Positions 9,030 to 17,209 of a stretch of 41,273 nucleotides of DNA are shown here, piece by piece. Every line of letters starts with the position of its first letter. Position 1 is the stretch's first letter. The notes beneath the pieces were generated by a model that ran no database searches, had not been told where the DNA came from, and saw only the letters and a list, made by a program, of their open reading frames with translations. The DNA comes from Escherichia phage vB_EcoS_fTaEco01. Both the position numbers and the translations under genes were made by a program. The stretch lies in sequence record MT711527.1. One strand, 5' to 3'.

Positions 9030-10196
9030 ATGGCTACAACTCCTTTTAAGGGCGCGAATACTGCGCAATTCTATGTGGCAGAAACTACCCCTGGCGTAAC
9101 ACCGACTAACCCGGTCTGGTCGCCATTGCGTAACACAGGTGGCGTTCCTGCCATTACCCGCGACACGCTGACCTCCAACGAACTGGACGGCAGCCGTGAA
9201 ACTACATCCATCCGCACCGGTAACAAACAGGTTAGCGGTGAATACGCGATCGAGCTTAGCTCGAAAAGCCAGGATGACTGGCTGGCTGGTGCTTTAGGCT
9301 CTACGTGGCAATCCGGTAGTTCTCTGACCGGGCTATCAATTACCGTCGCGCCTGCAGACAAGACCTTTACCCGTGCCGAAGGTAGCTTTATTTCTGACGG
9401 CGTTGAAGTGGGCGACCTGATTGCGTTTACCGACTTAACCGGTGACAACGCAAAACCGTTTATCGTAACTGCAGTAGAGGCGCTGGTAGTGACCGGGGCG
9501 GGTATCCAGCATACCCTGACCACAGAGACAGTAACTACCGCCGCTAAGACAGGGGATAAACTGGAAACGGGAAGCCAGTGCAAGACGTTCTCTATTCTCA
9601 CCTGGTACAAAGGCCAGTGCGGCGGGACTGACGCGTACACACTAACCAAAGGCGTGGAAGTTTCTGGTTTTACCATCGAACAGGCTGTTAACGCTATGGT
9701 AACTGGCAGCTTCCCGTTCATCGGTCGCAGTCAGGAGATTCTCACCACGCAGCCGTCTGGTTCTGATTTCTCCTCTGTTACGTTTGGTGACGAGCCATTC
9801 TCCTCGGTCGATGTTTCTGTGTTCGACGGTTCTACGCCGTTGCGTTGCGACAGCCTGACCATCACCAACGACAACAGCGCGTCCGCACAGTTCGAACTCG
9901 GCAACACTAACGTAGCGTTTGTGGAGCGTAGCCGAGCAGCTAACACCTTCTCCATCTCCGGTAAGCTGTACGACATGGCGATGATTCAGAAGTTTATCAA
10001 CGAGCAGCAGGTGGAGATTAACTCTATTCTGGCTGGGGTAAACGGGGCTATGTCTTTCAGTTTGAAACGTGCAGAACTTACGGCGGTTACACCTGAGATT
10101 GGAGGACCTGAGTCAATCACTCAGTCTATTGAAGGCCAGGCTACTGGCAACCAGTACCAGTCGTCTATTGTTATTCAGCGTATCACATACGCATAA
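9030..10196 (+). CDS. major tail protein (positional)
   Basis: About 389 aa, Thr/Ser/Gly-rich; AGAGG RBS before ATG 9030; followed by a strong terminator. Confidence 0.5.
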   Translation: MATTPFKGANTAQFYVAETTPGVTPTNPVWSPLRNTGGVPAITRDTLTSNELDGSRETTSIRTGNKQVSGEYAIELSSKSQDDWLAGALGSTWQSGSSLTGLSITVAPADKTFTRAEGSFISDGVEVGDLIAFTDLTGDNAKPFIVTAVEALVVTGAGIQHTLTTETVTTAAKTGDKLETGSQCKTFSILTWYKGQCGGTDAYTLTKGVEVSGFTIEQAVNAMVTGSFPFIGRSQEILTTQPSGSDFSSVTFGDEPFSSVDVSVFDGSTPLRCDSLTITNDNSASAQFELGNTNVAFVERSRAANTFSISGKLYDMAMIQKFINEQQVEINSILAGVNGAMSFSLKRAELTAVTPEIGGPESITQSIEGQATGNQYQSSIVIQRITYA

Positions 10197-10200
10197 AACT

Positions 10201-10226
10201 AAGGCCCCGTTTGGGGCCTTTTTCTT
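10201..10226. terminator. bidirectional rho-independent terminator between convergent genes
   Basis: AAGGCCCC-GTTT-GGGGCCTT hairpin flanked by A-run and T-run; nearly identical to the terminator at 22727-22750. Confidence 0.65.
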
Positions 10227-10779
10227 ACAAACCTAATCTTAAAGCAATGCCTATAGCGTTCGATTTAACGTAACCCGGTATGATGTAGGTGTCATAATCT
10301 TTTACACCATCAATATCGTACAGGTAACCGCGGCTGTCCCCTTCAAACGTATGGCCGTCTCTGTGCAAGCGGACGATTCTCACATCATGCCCCGCGGCAA
10401 CGATAGGGGCTACTTCGCTGGCGAACCCGCCATCAGACACCACAAAAACTTCGTCGCCGTCGGGCAAGTTTCCGGCAAGATACTTACCGAAATAATCATC
10501 ACCGAATACCGGTTTAATGAATTGCTCGGAAATGGCAATCATGAACTGACGCCGAGACAACCCGTTAAGGAAACCCTCTGGCTTTTCTTTCCGCGCCCGG
10601 TCGTCGTAGCCGTCGAGAAACTCGCGGTAAGCATCCTGGCCTAACGCAGCCATAGCAATATTGAACATCGGATTCTTGAAACTGGCGACACCCTTCGCAA
10701 AGCCCATTTCTACCAGCGCCCTAGCAAGTGTGTCTTTCCCGCAGCCCGCAGGACCATTAAGAATAATTACCTTAGCCAT
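10225..10779 (-). CDS. P-loop kinase (polynucleotide 5'-kinase-like or dNMP-kinase-like)
   Basis: Walker A GPAGCGKDT at residues 8-16; N-terminus (KVIILNGPAGCGKDTLARAL) resembles the T4 Pnk kinase P-loop region as recalled from memory; 1-nt overlap with upstream phosphatase gene. Confidence 0.55.
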   Translation of the reverse strand: MAKVIILNGPAGCGKDTLARALVEMGFAKGVASFKNPMFNIAMAALGQDAYREFLDGYDDRARKEKPEGFLNGLSRRQFMIAISEQFIKPVFGDDYFGKYLAGNLPDGDEVFVVSDGGFASEVAPIVAAGHDVRIVRLHRDGHTFEGDSRGYLYDIDGVKDYDTYIIPGYVKSNAIGIALRLGL

Positions 10780-11264
10780 TATTTATCACTCCCATGTGGT
10801 TTTAAGTGTGTAGAGTTCCCGTTACAGTCGTATTCAGTAACTGCGTGAGTGGTTATGCCGAGTTCGCGGAAATGCTTTATTACCGCTGGAGAGTCGTCGA
10901 ATGCACACAAGATTCTCTCCGGCCCAATAGCACGCAACACCTCTTCTTTAATTACGATGTCTTTTCTGTTGTCGTGTTTGCTGCGCATGATTAACTGATA
11001 AAATTCGACGCGGTGGCGCTGCAACCACATTCTGGTTTCTTTTTCCGCGTCATCACTACGGCCTGTTAAGATAATAACGGCATAGCGACGATTAAGGGCG
11101 TTACACAGTTCGATGTTATCTTTAATGGGTGCATCGTCTTTGCACGCCATGTTAAATGGTTTCCACGCCCAGGTTTCGCCGTAGTTATCTTTCGGCAGCA
11201 GGTGTAAACGATGAGTACCATCTGCCAATGTCCCGTCTAAATCGAAAATCACAATATCTTTCAT
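10779..11264 (-). CDS. HAD-family phosphatase resembling the 3'-phosphatase domain of T4 polynucleotide kinase-phosphatase
   Basis: DxDGT motif (IVIFDLDGTLA), VIILTGRS, RKDIVIKEEV and FDDS segments that track the order of T4 Pnkp phosphatase motifs as recalled from memory. Confidence 0.65.
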   Translation of the reverse strand: MKDIVIFDLDGTLADGTHRLHLLPKDNYGETWAWKPFNMACKDDAPIKDNIELCNALNRRYAVIILTGRSDDAEKETRMWLQRHRVEFYQLIMRSKHDNRKDIVIKEEVLRAIGPERILCAFDDSPAVIKHFRELGITTHAVTEYDCNGNSTHLKPHGSDK

Positions 11265-12391
11265 CCAAGCATCTCCGGTGAAATAGTTAAACGTGCGACC
11301 TCGCCATATTCGGCGCTATAAGTAATTACGTTTGCACTGCGGCCCGACATCCACCCACCGCGGGAGGCATATGCATCTTTAGCCGCGAGAGTGCGGTGTT
11401 GCTCAACAATCATGTTACGGCTTTCTACAATCTTTTGGTGGTGCAGGTGACCCACGTGGGCGTAGCTGTAAACACTCTCGCCGAACGCTTTGCGGAACTT
11501 GGCAATCATAACCGGTTCGATAGCGTCGAATCGTGCTTTATGCCCATGATGGAAGAACAGCGTCGTTTTGCCGTGTTGCACCATCTTGTAAACATCCGGC
11601 GACGTATCGACGAACACACGCGGTTCATTGTCGTACAGCGTACTAAACATCTCAGCTAACCAAATCATTCCGCTTTCGTCGTGGTTACCTTGCACGATAA
11701 GCAAGCGAACATTTTTATGTTTAACGAGAGCCATATCAATGACACGGCGGACCATACGAATCATGTAGCGTACAAGTTTCTGATAGCGGGTGTCAGCGTC
11801 AAGAACATGACCACTGGCAGGTGTAACGGCGTCCAGACTATCGAAATGCGCAAGGTCGCCCAGCAGATTAATAACTCCTGTTCCGGCATCCGGTGCTTTC
11901 TGGAACGCTGCGTCGAACCAGCGGGAGAACAGGTCTTCCGCAATCTTCATGTCCCAGTCGTCGCCGCTCTCGTCAGCCCAGGCCAGCATACCGAGATGGA
12001 AATCAGACACAGTGTAAAGGTTGAGTAGCTTGTCGTCTCGTTTGGCGCGAACGGCTTTAACAGGTGCAACTGGTGTAATCTCCGACTTCATGCCTTCGAT
12101 TACGGCTTTCATCAATTCAACCTGACGTTCGGCATCGGTGTCGGTCTTAACCCATTGCAACTTGGTGTTGCCAAACTCATCCACAAGTGACGACGTCCCT
12201 TTAATCTTGTAGCCGTCCGGCACAAGGTGGCTAACGTCACGCCCGTGGCCTACGCCTTTCTTCGCAAGTTTCGCTTTACGGATACGAATAACGCGGTCTG
12301 AGATGCCGTATTTACGGGCGATGTCGATATTCTTCATACCGGCGTTCAATTCTTCCTGTAACTGTTCGTCGGTTATTTTCTTCCTGGCCAT
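11261..12391 (-). CDS. calcineurin-like metallophosphoesterase with N-terminal helix-turn-helix domain
   Basis: Metallophosphoesterase motifs in order: SDFH, GDLAHFD, GNHD, HHGH, GHLHH; basic HTH-like N-terminus; GAGGA RBS. Confidence 0.7.
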   Translation of the reverse strand: MARKKITDEQLQEELNAGMKNIDIARKYGISDRVIRIRKAKLAKKGVGHGRDVSHLVPDGYKIKGTSSLVDEFGNTKLQWVKTDTDAERQVELMKAVIEGMKSEITPVAPVKAVRAKRDDKLLNLYTVSDFHLGMLAWADESGDDWDMKIAEDLFSRWFDAAFQKAPDAGTGVINLLGDLAHFDSLDAVTPASGHVLDADTRYQKLVRYMIRMVRRVIDMALVKHKNVRLLIVQGNHDESGMIWLAEMFSTLYDNEPRVFVDTSPDVYKMVQHGKTTLFFHHGHKARFDAIEPVMIAKFRKAFGESVYSYAHVGHLHHQKIVESRNMIVEQHRTLAAKDAYASRGGWMSGRSANVITYSAEYGEVARLTISPEMLG

Positions 12392-12428
12392 GCTTATTCC
12401 TCGTGTTTAGGATTTGTCCTATACTAGC

Positions 12429-12635
12429 TCACTTCTCTTTGACATTCGAGTTGCACGCCCAGATTAAGATAAATACCCACGGCAGCAGAACCCAACCAAG
12501 AAACAGATTAGCCATGAATATCGCTAACTTCGCTTTATGGTTACGGAAGTACGCAACCAGGAAAGGCGCGAAATAAGCGAGCAGTGCAAACAGAATTAAG
12601 GAAACTGGTAAACTTGACATTTTAAACCCCTTCAT
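12429..12635 (-). CDS. superinfection immunity-like small membrane protein (Imm-family)
   Basis: 68 aa, two hydrophobic helices; pattern AYFAPF..AYFRNH...AIF.ANLFLGW....W.F.LIWA matches the conserved core of superinfection-immunity family proteins (from memory). Confidence 0.65.
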   Translation of the reverse strand: MKGFKMSSLPVSLILFALLAYFAPFLVAYFRNHKAKLAIFMANLFLGWVLLPWVFILIWACNSNVKEK

Positions 12636-12650
12636 TGTTGGTGTAAGTGA

Positions 12651-12679
12651 ATAGTACCCTATTATATTGGGGTGTGCAA
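12651..12679 (-). promoter_or_regulatory. promoter (TTGCAC-17 nt-TACTAT) for the minus-strand accessory cassette
   Basis: Reverse complement gives TTGCAC-ACCCCAATATAATAGGG-TACTAT; nearly identical to plus-strand promoters at 34888-34916 and 36181-36209. Confidence 0.5.
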
Positions 12680-12787
12680 GTAATGTGATAGAATAAGTTT
12701 GCGCCTAGTGTCGCACACGAAAAGCGGGTGGTTCCCGTCTGGCGCATTTATCGTTAACCTGTAACCTCTTAACCAAAGGATTAAAGA

Positions 12788-13204
12788 ATGAAACTTTCTG
12801 ATTTTTATTTCGAAGAGAAAGCACTGGTAGGCAAGAAGATGCCCATTCTGCTGCCAAACGGCGAAGACTCCGGTGAATGGCTTAACGTTGTAAGTCCCGA
12901 TGCGGATGTCGCCGTTAAAGCGGGGCGTGCTTTCATTATTGCGTACCGTCGCGGGTTGGCGCGTTTCGAAGAACTGGAAAAAGCCGCCAAAGAATCCGGC
13001 GACTATACTGAATATAACCTGGCTATTAACGAACTGGCGGAAGACCTCAACCGGCAACTCGCGGCAGAAGTCGTAAACGGCTGGAGCTTTGATGAGCCTT
13101 TCTCTAAAGAAGCATTTAACAAATTGCTGGACCAGTTCAAGGCATTAGGCACACAGGTAGCAGCGTTCCATAACGCTGAGCGCAAAGCATTACAGGAAAA
13201 GTAG
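12788..13204 (+). CDS. tail assembly chaperone (G-like)
   Basis: 138-aa acidic ORF directly upstream of the tape measure gene; AAGGA RBS. Confidence 0.5.
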   Translation: MKLSDFYFEEKALVGKKMPILLPNGEDSGEWLNVVSPDADVAVKAGRAFIIAYRRGLARFEELEKAAKESGDYTEYNLAINELAEDLNRQLAAEVVNGWSFDEPFSKEAFNKLLDQFKALGTQVAAFHNAERKALQEK

Positions 13205-13569
13205 ACGCGCTGTACAGGTTCGCCACCTATGAGTTTGTGGATAAGCATAAAATCAGAGAGTTTGATTCTATAGCCGACGGACACGAACAGGCGCTTATCG
13301 CGATGGGTGTAATCGATAAGAAAAAACGTGCAGCGCGACGGGGTGGGCCAGAATGCCCGCCCCTTTTTATATCCACCTTCGAGACGTACTGCGACATTAA
13401 GTTTACGCGACACGTGCGCGAGGACGCTGTAGTATTGTTCGCAAGAGAATCCGTTACGTGGCAAGACCTGAAAGCCTATCTCGATGTTACGCAAAAACAG
13501 CTTAGCCTGTTCGAGATAGACATTATCATGGGCTTAGAAGCAATCTTTGAAGGTAGAAATCATGGCTGA
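13180..13569 (+). CDS. tail assembly chaperone extension (GT-like), probably expressed by -1 frameshift from 12788-13204
   Basis: Frame -1 relative to the upstream ORF is open from 13180; no ATG or RBS of its own (ORF track uses GTG 13237); slippery-like G_GAA_AAG at 13195-13201; ends overlapping tape measure start. Confidence 0.4.
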   Translation, partial: AQSITGKVDALYRFATYEFVDKHKIREFDSIADGHEQALIAMGVIDKKKRAARRGGPECPPLFISTFETYCDIKFTRHVREDAVVLFARESVTWQDLKAYLDVTQKQLSLFEIDIIMGLEAIFEGRNHG

Positions 13570-15835
13570 TACCGCTAGCTTGATCGTACGAGTATCATCG
13601 ACCGGCGTCGATAAAACCACATCACAACTGAACGGGCTTACCAAAGCCGCGGGGGCCGCCGCCGCTGCCGTTGTCAGTCTGGAAACTGCCAAACAGGTGT
13701 TCAGTGCGCTGGTGGACTCCCAGCGCAACTTCGATAAGCTGAACTCCGGCCTCATCACAATGACCGGGAGCGCCGAGAACGCTGCTAAGGCATTCAGCGT
13801 CCTGCAACAGTTCGCAAAAGAAACTCCGTATGGTCTTAACCAGGCGGTGGAAGGCTTTACTAAGCTGGTGGCCCTCGGCCTGAACCCAAGCAAAGAGGCG
13901 TTAATCTCCTACGGCAACACCGCGGCGGCTATGGGTAAAGACCTTAATCAGATGATTGAGGCGGTTGCCGACGCCAGTACCTTTGAGTTTGAGCGACTGA
14001 AAGAGTTCGGCATCAAGTCGTCGCAACAGGCGGATACAGTTTCGTTCACGTTCCGTGGCGTAACGACCACGGTTAAGAAGAACTCCGAAGAGATTCAGAA
14101 ATACCTCCTGAATATCGGCAACACCGATTTTGCCGGGGCGATGGAGACGCGCTCTAAGACGCTAGACGGCCAGTTATCGAGCCTCGCCGACTCCTTCGAT
14201 GGTCTTGTTCTTGCGGTGGCGCAGTCTGGTTTTGGCGACGCCGTAGGTGAGCAAGCGGCCACAGCGGAACACGCTATCACGGCGCTTACCGACGCCATCG
14301 CGTCTAATGAGATAGCCGCCACGCTCCAGGATTGGGTGGCGCTGTTCAATGAGTCATTCAAGTTTATTTCCGACGCCCTGAATGACCTGGCATTCGATAC
14401 CGAGGACAAATCCGTTGATATGTCTGACTCGCTGGGGACTATACCGGATGCCATCCGTGAGTGGTTGCCGGATATCCAGCAGACATTCCACGAGGTTATT
14501 GCGTGGTTCCAGCGCATTGACGACTACGCGGTAGCGTTAGGCCAGACCCTTGCTGATGTGTTTGACCCGAGCAAAACGGCAGCGCTCACATTTAAAAACC
14601 TGACCGCAGAGGCTGACGCCGCATACGCCGCCAGCATAAAACGCGCAGCGGCGGAATCCCAGGCCATTACCGACAGGTCTAAGCAGCGTAAGAAAGAAAT
14701 TGAGGAACAGCGCAAGCAGTATGACGAGCGCAAGAAGCAAGAAATTGACTTAGCCAGCCTTGTTAATAAAAAGGGTGGAACTGGCGGCACCGGAAACGCC
14801 GACGATAAAGCGGCAAAAGCAGCCGCTAAGAAAGCTGAGCAGTTGCGGAATCAGGCGCAAGACTACCTCGACACTTTGGCCCGTCAGAACAACGACGAGT
14901 TAAAGGCTATTGACGCGCAGGAACAGCAGAAACTGGCTAAAGCAAAAGAGTTCTACAGCCAGGGTGCGTTGTCTCTGAAAGAATACGAACAAGCTAAAAC
15001 AGCTATCGTCCTCGAAGCCGGACAAAAACGACAAGATGAACTGGATAAACGCCAGAAAGAAGCCCAGGAAAAGCAACAGAAAGGCGACGACTTCATGGCT
15101 CAGATTATGGGCCAGAACGCTACTGAGCTTGAGCTTCTCGACATCCAGGAACAGCAGAAACTGGCGGTAGCCGATAAGTACCGTGAACAGGGTCTGATTA
15201 GCGAGAAGCAGTATCAGGCCGCGCTTAACGCCATCAACGAGCAGTATGCTATGAAGCGCGCCGACGCAACGGCGACCGCCTTTGGTAATATGGCCTCAAA
15301 CATTGGGTCTGCGTTGGGCGAGGCTTCAGGTGCGTATAAGGCATTCGCTATCGTACAGGCCACTATAGCCACGTACACCGCAGCTATTGAAGCGTATAAG
15401 TCAACGGCTGCTATCCCTGTAGTCGGCCCGTTCCTGGCTCCTGTAGCTGCCGCCGCTGCCGTTGGGGCAGGTATGGCGCAGATTTCCGCTATCAGGTCCG
15501 CGCGTGAACAGGGGGGACAGTTATCCGCAGGGCAGGCATCCACCATCGCAGAACGCGGTAAACCAGAAGTCATCATGCCTGCTGGCGCATCTCGTGTTCG
15601 CACCGCGCAGCAGATGAAAGAAATTATGGGGCAAAACGGGTCTTCTTCCGGACCGTCTAATGTTACCATCGTAAACAACACGAGTTCTCAGATTGGCAAC
15701 GTATCCACTGAACAAGATGATGAAGGCCGTTTGCGTATCATCATTGAAGAGCAAGTGGCGGCCTCTTTGCAGAACAGCAACAGTAAGATTAGCAAGGCCC
15801 GCAAGGCCACAAGAAACGCGCCGGGGTTCAAATAA
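13562..15835 (+). CDS. tail tape measure protein
   Basis: About 757 aa, Ala/Gln/Lys-rich with long coiled-coil-like segments; follows the chaperone pair. Confidence 0.75.
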   Translation: MADTASLIVRVSSTGVDKTTSQLNGLTKAAGAAAAAVVSLETAKQVFSALVDSQRNFDKLNSGLITMTGSAENAAKAFSVLQQFAKETPYGLNQAVEGFTKLVALGLNPSKEALISYGNTAAAMGKDLNQMIEAVADASTFEFERLKEFGIKSSQQADTVSFTFRGVTTTVKKNSEEIQKYLLNIGNTDFAGAMETRSKTLDGQLSSLADSFDGLVLAVAQSGFGDAVGEQAATAEHAITALTDAIASNEIAATLQDWVALFNESFKFISDALNDLAFDTEDKSVDMSDSLGTIPDAIREWLPDIQQTFHEVIAWFQRIDDYAVALGQTLADVFDPSKTAALTFKNLTAEADAAYAASIKRAAAESQAITDRSKQRKKEIEEQRKQYDERKKQEIDLASLVNKKGGTGGTGNADDKAAKAAAKKAEQLRNQAQDYLDTLARQNNDELKAIDAQEQQKLAKAKEFYSQGALSLKEYEQAKTAIVLEAGQKRQDELDKRQKEAQEKQQKGDDFMAQIMGQNATELELLDIQEQQKLAVADKYREQGLISEKQYQAALNAINEQYAMKRADATATAFGNMASNIGSALGEASGAYKAFAIVQATIATYTAAIEAYKSTAAIPVVGPFLAPVAAAAAVGAGMAQISAIRSAREQGGQLSAGQASTIAERGKPEVIMPAGASRVRTAQQMKEIMGQNGSSSGPSNVTIVNNTSSQIGNVSTEQDDEGRLRIIIEEQVAASLQNSNSKISKARKATRNAPGFK

Positions 15836-16335
15836 TGAGCGACTTATATTTCCCACGTAGCCTTAAGCCAATTGTATCGAAAGGCTACTCAATGACCAGA
15901 CGTAACAACGTCTGGAGTGTAGATTTAGCTGGTGGTGGTGTACGTCAGGGGCGCGACACGTATTACGACGTGTTCCCGATAAGCGTAACCCTGCTCACAT
16001 CGGCGCTGGGGCGGCAAGCGTTTCTGTCGTTCCTTGAGAAAGTAGATGGCGGTGCGTCAAGTTTCTGGATGGCGCACGACTTCGGCATGGGTATTGAGGA
16101 TTATCAGGTAACCATTACGTCCACTATCGCCGAGTCCACCGAAGACGGGATTAACTGGACAATCACCTTCACGGCAACCGCTGAGAAATCGCCGTTCCAG
16201 GACCTTGAGAACCAGTGCCTTGTTAACAATCTGCCGGATTTGTATGGTTGTTACGGGGACTGTCTGGGTAGTTTCCTTAAAGCCTACGGAACCGCGCAAT
16301 CAACGTTTCCACGAATTTGGGACCCGATGCAATGA
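15835..16335 (+). CDS. minor/distal tail protein (positional)
   Basis: 166-aa ORF translationally coupled (ATGA) after tape measure. Confidence 0.45.
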   Translation: MSDLYFPRSLKPIVSKGYSMTRRNNVWSVDLAGGGVRQGRDTYYDVFPISVTLLTSALGRQAFLSFLEKVDGGASSFWMAHDFGMGIEDYQVTITSTIAESTEDGINWTITFTATAEKSPFQDLENQCLVNNLPDLYGCYGDCLGSFLKAYGTAQSTFPRIWDPMQ

Positions 16336-16847
16336 GTCAGGAATCAGTAGAAGCTGCCTATCGCCGTAAGTTGGCATCAAATCCAGACGGCGAGATGGAC
16401 TACATCACGTTGCAAATCAGCCACCCGTTGCTGTCGAAGACGTACTATCTTGTGCGCGGGCTGCAGGAACTTACGGCGACACTGGAAACCGGCGAAACTA
16501 TCACATTCGAACCCACCCCGATGGAAGCGTCGGGGGCCGCTAACAACAGTGATATGGACCAGACTACCACGTTTACTCTACCGGATATTCTCAATCAACT
16601 GGATGATGAGATGGATAAAATCCCGATGAGTAACACCGAGTTGCCGAAATTCGTCTTCCGCCGTTATGTCAGTACCGACCTGTCTTATCCGGCGGACGGC
16701 CCGGTCGTGTACGAGTTACAGGCTATCAACCAGGAGAAAGGCGAGTTCTCCGCAGATGTCGGTACACCTATGCTGAACCAACGGAGCACTGGTATACTGA
16801 TGACACCTAAAGAGATACCGTTATTGCGCGGCCTGTTGACCACATGA
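16332..16847 (+). CDS. minor tail protein (positional)
   Basis: ATG 16332 overlapping upstream stop; co-oriented. Confidence 0.45.
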   Translation: MSQESVEAAYRRKLASNPDGEMDYITLQISHPLLSKTYYLVRGLQELTATLETGETITFEPTPMEASGAANNSDMDQTTTFTLPDILNQLDDEMDKIPMSNTELPKFVFRRYVSTDLSYPADGPVVYELQAINQEKGEFSADVGTPMLNQRSTGILMTPKEIPLLRGLLTT

Positions 16848-17209
16848 ATATTAACGACTACACGGGAATACCTTACGACTTTCGCAAACGTAATTGCTGG
16901 CACCATGTGCGCATTGTCCGCGCGGATGCCGGGTTAGAAACCCCGGCGTTCGACGTTACAAGCCCAACGGCAATTAACGACGCGTTTGACGAAGGCCACC
17001 GCAACACGAAGGGGCTTACGAAAATTGATAAGCCTGAAAACTTCTGTGCGGTGCTTATGGGGTATCGCCGAGGCGGTCGTATTGTGTGGCACGCGGGAGT
17101 TTACTTCGACGGGATGGTTAGCCATTGCGAGCTTGCCTCACGTCAAGTACGGCTTGACAGGCTGGCGGACCTCAGAGACACGTACACGGAGATTGAATTT
17201 TGGCGATAA
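16844..17209 (+). CDS. tail assembly protein, possible NlpC/P60-like
   Basis: 121 aa with a Cys...His pair (NCWHH...WHAGVY...H) reminiscent of lambda K-type tail assembly peptidase domains; weak. Confidence 0.4.
   Translation: MNINDYTGIPYDFRKRNCWHHVRIVRADAGLETPAFDVTSPTAINDAFDEGHRNTKGLTKIDKPENFCAVLMGYRRGGRIVWHAGVYFDGMVSHCELASRQVRLDRLADLRDTYTEIEFWR

Noticed and set aside
9071-9721. 216-aa minus-strand ORF inside the major tail gene region, and similar long antisense ORFs at 6297-6869, 14095-14517 and 15214-15681
   Set aside because: They overlap better-supported plus-strand structural genes that form a coherent, translationally coupled operon, and have no RBS or promoter context; treated as antisense artefacts of GC-rich coding sequence.
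12662-13057. 131-aa minus-strand ORF spanning the cassette promoter and the start of the tail chaperone gene
   Set aside because: It overlaps a predicted promoter and the RBS-supported plus-strand chaperone gene; no RBS.
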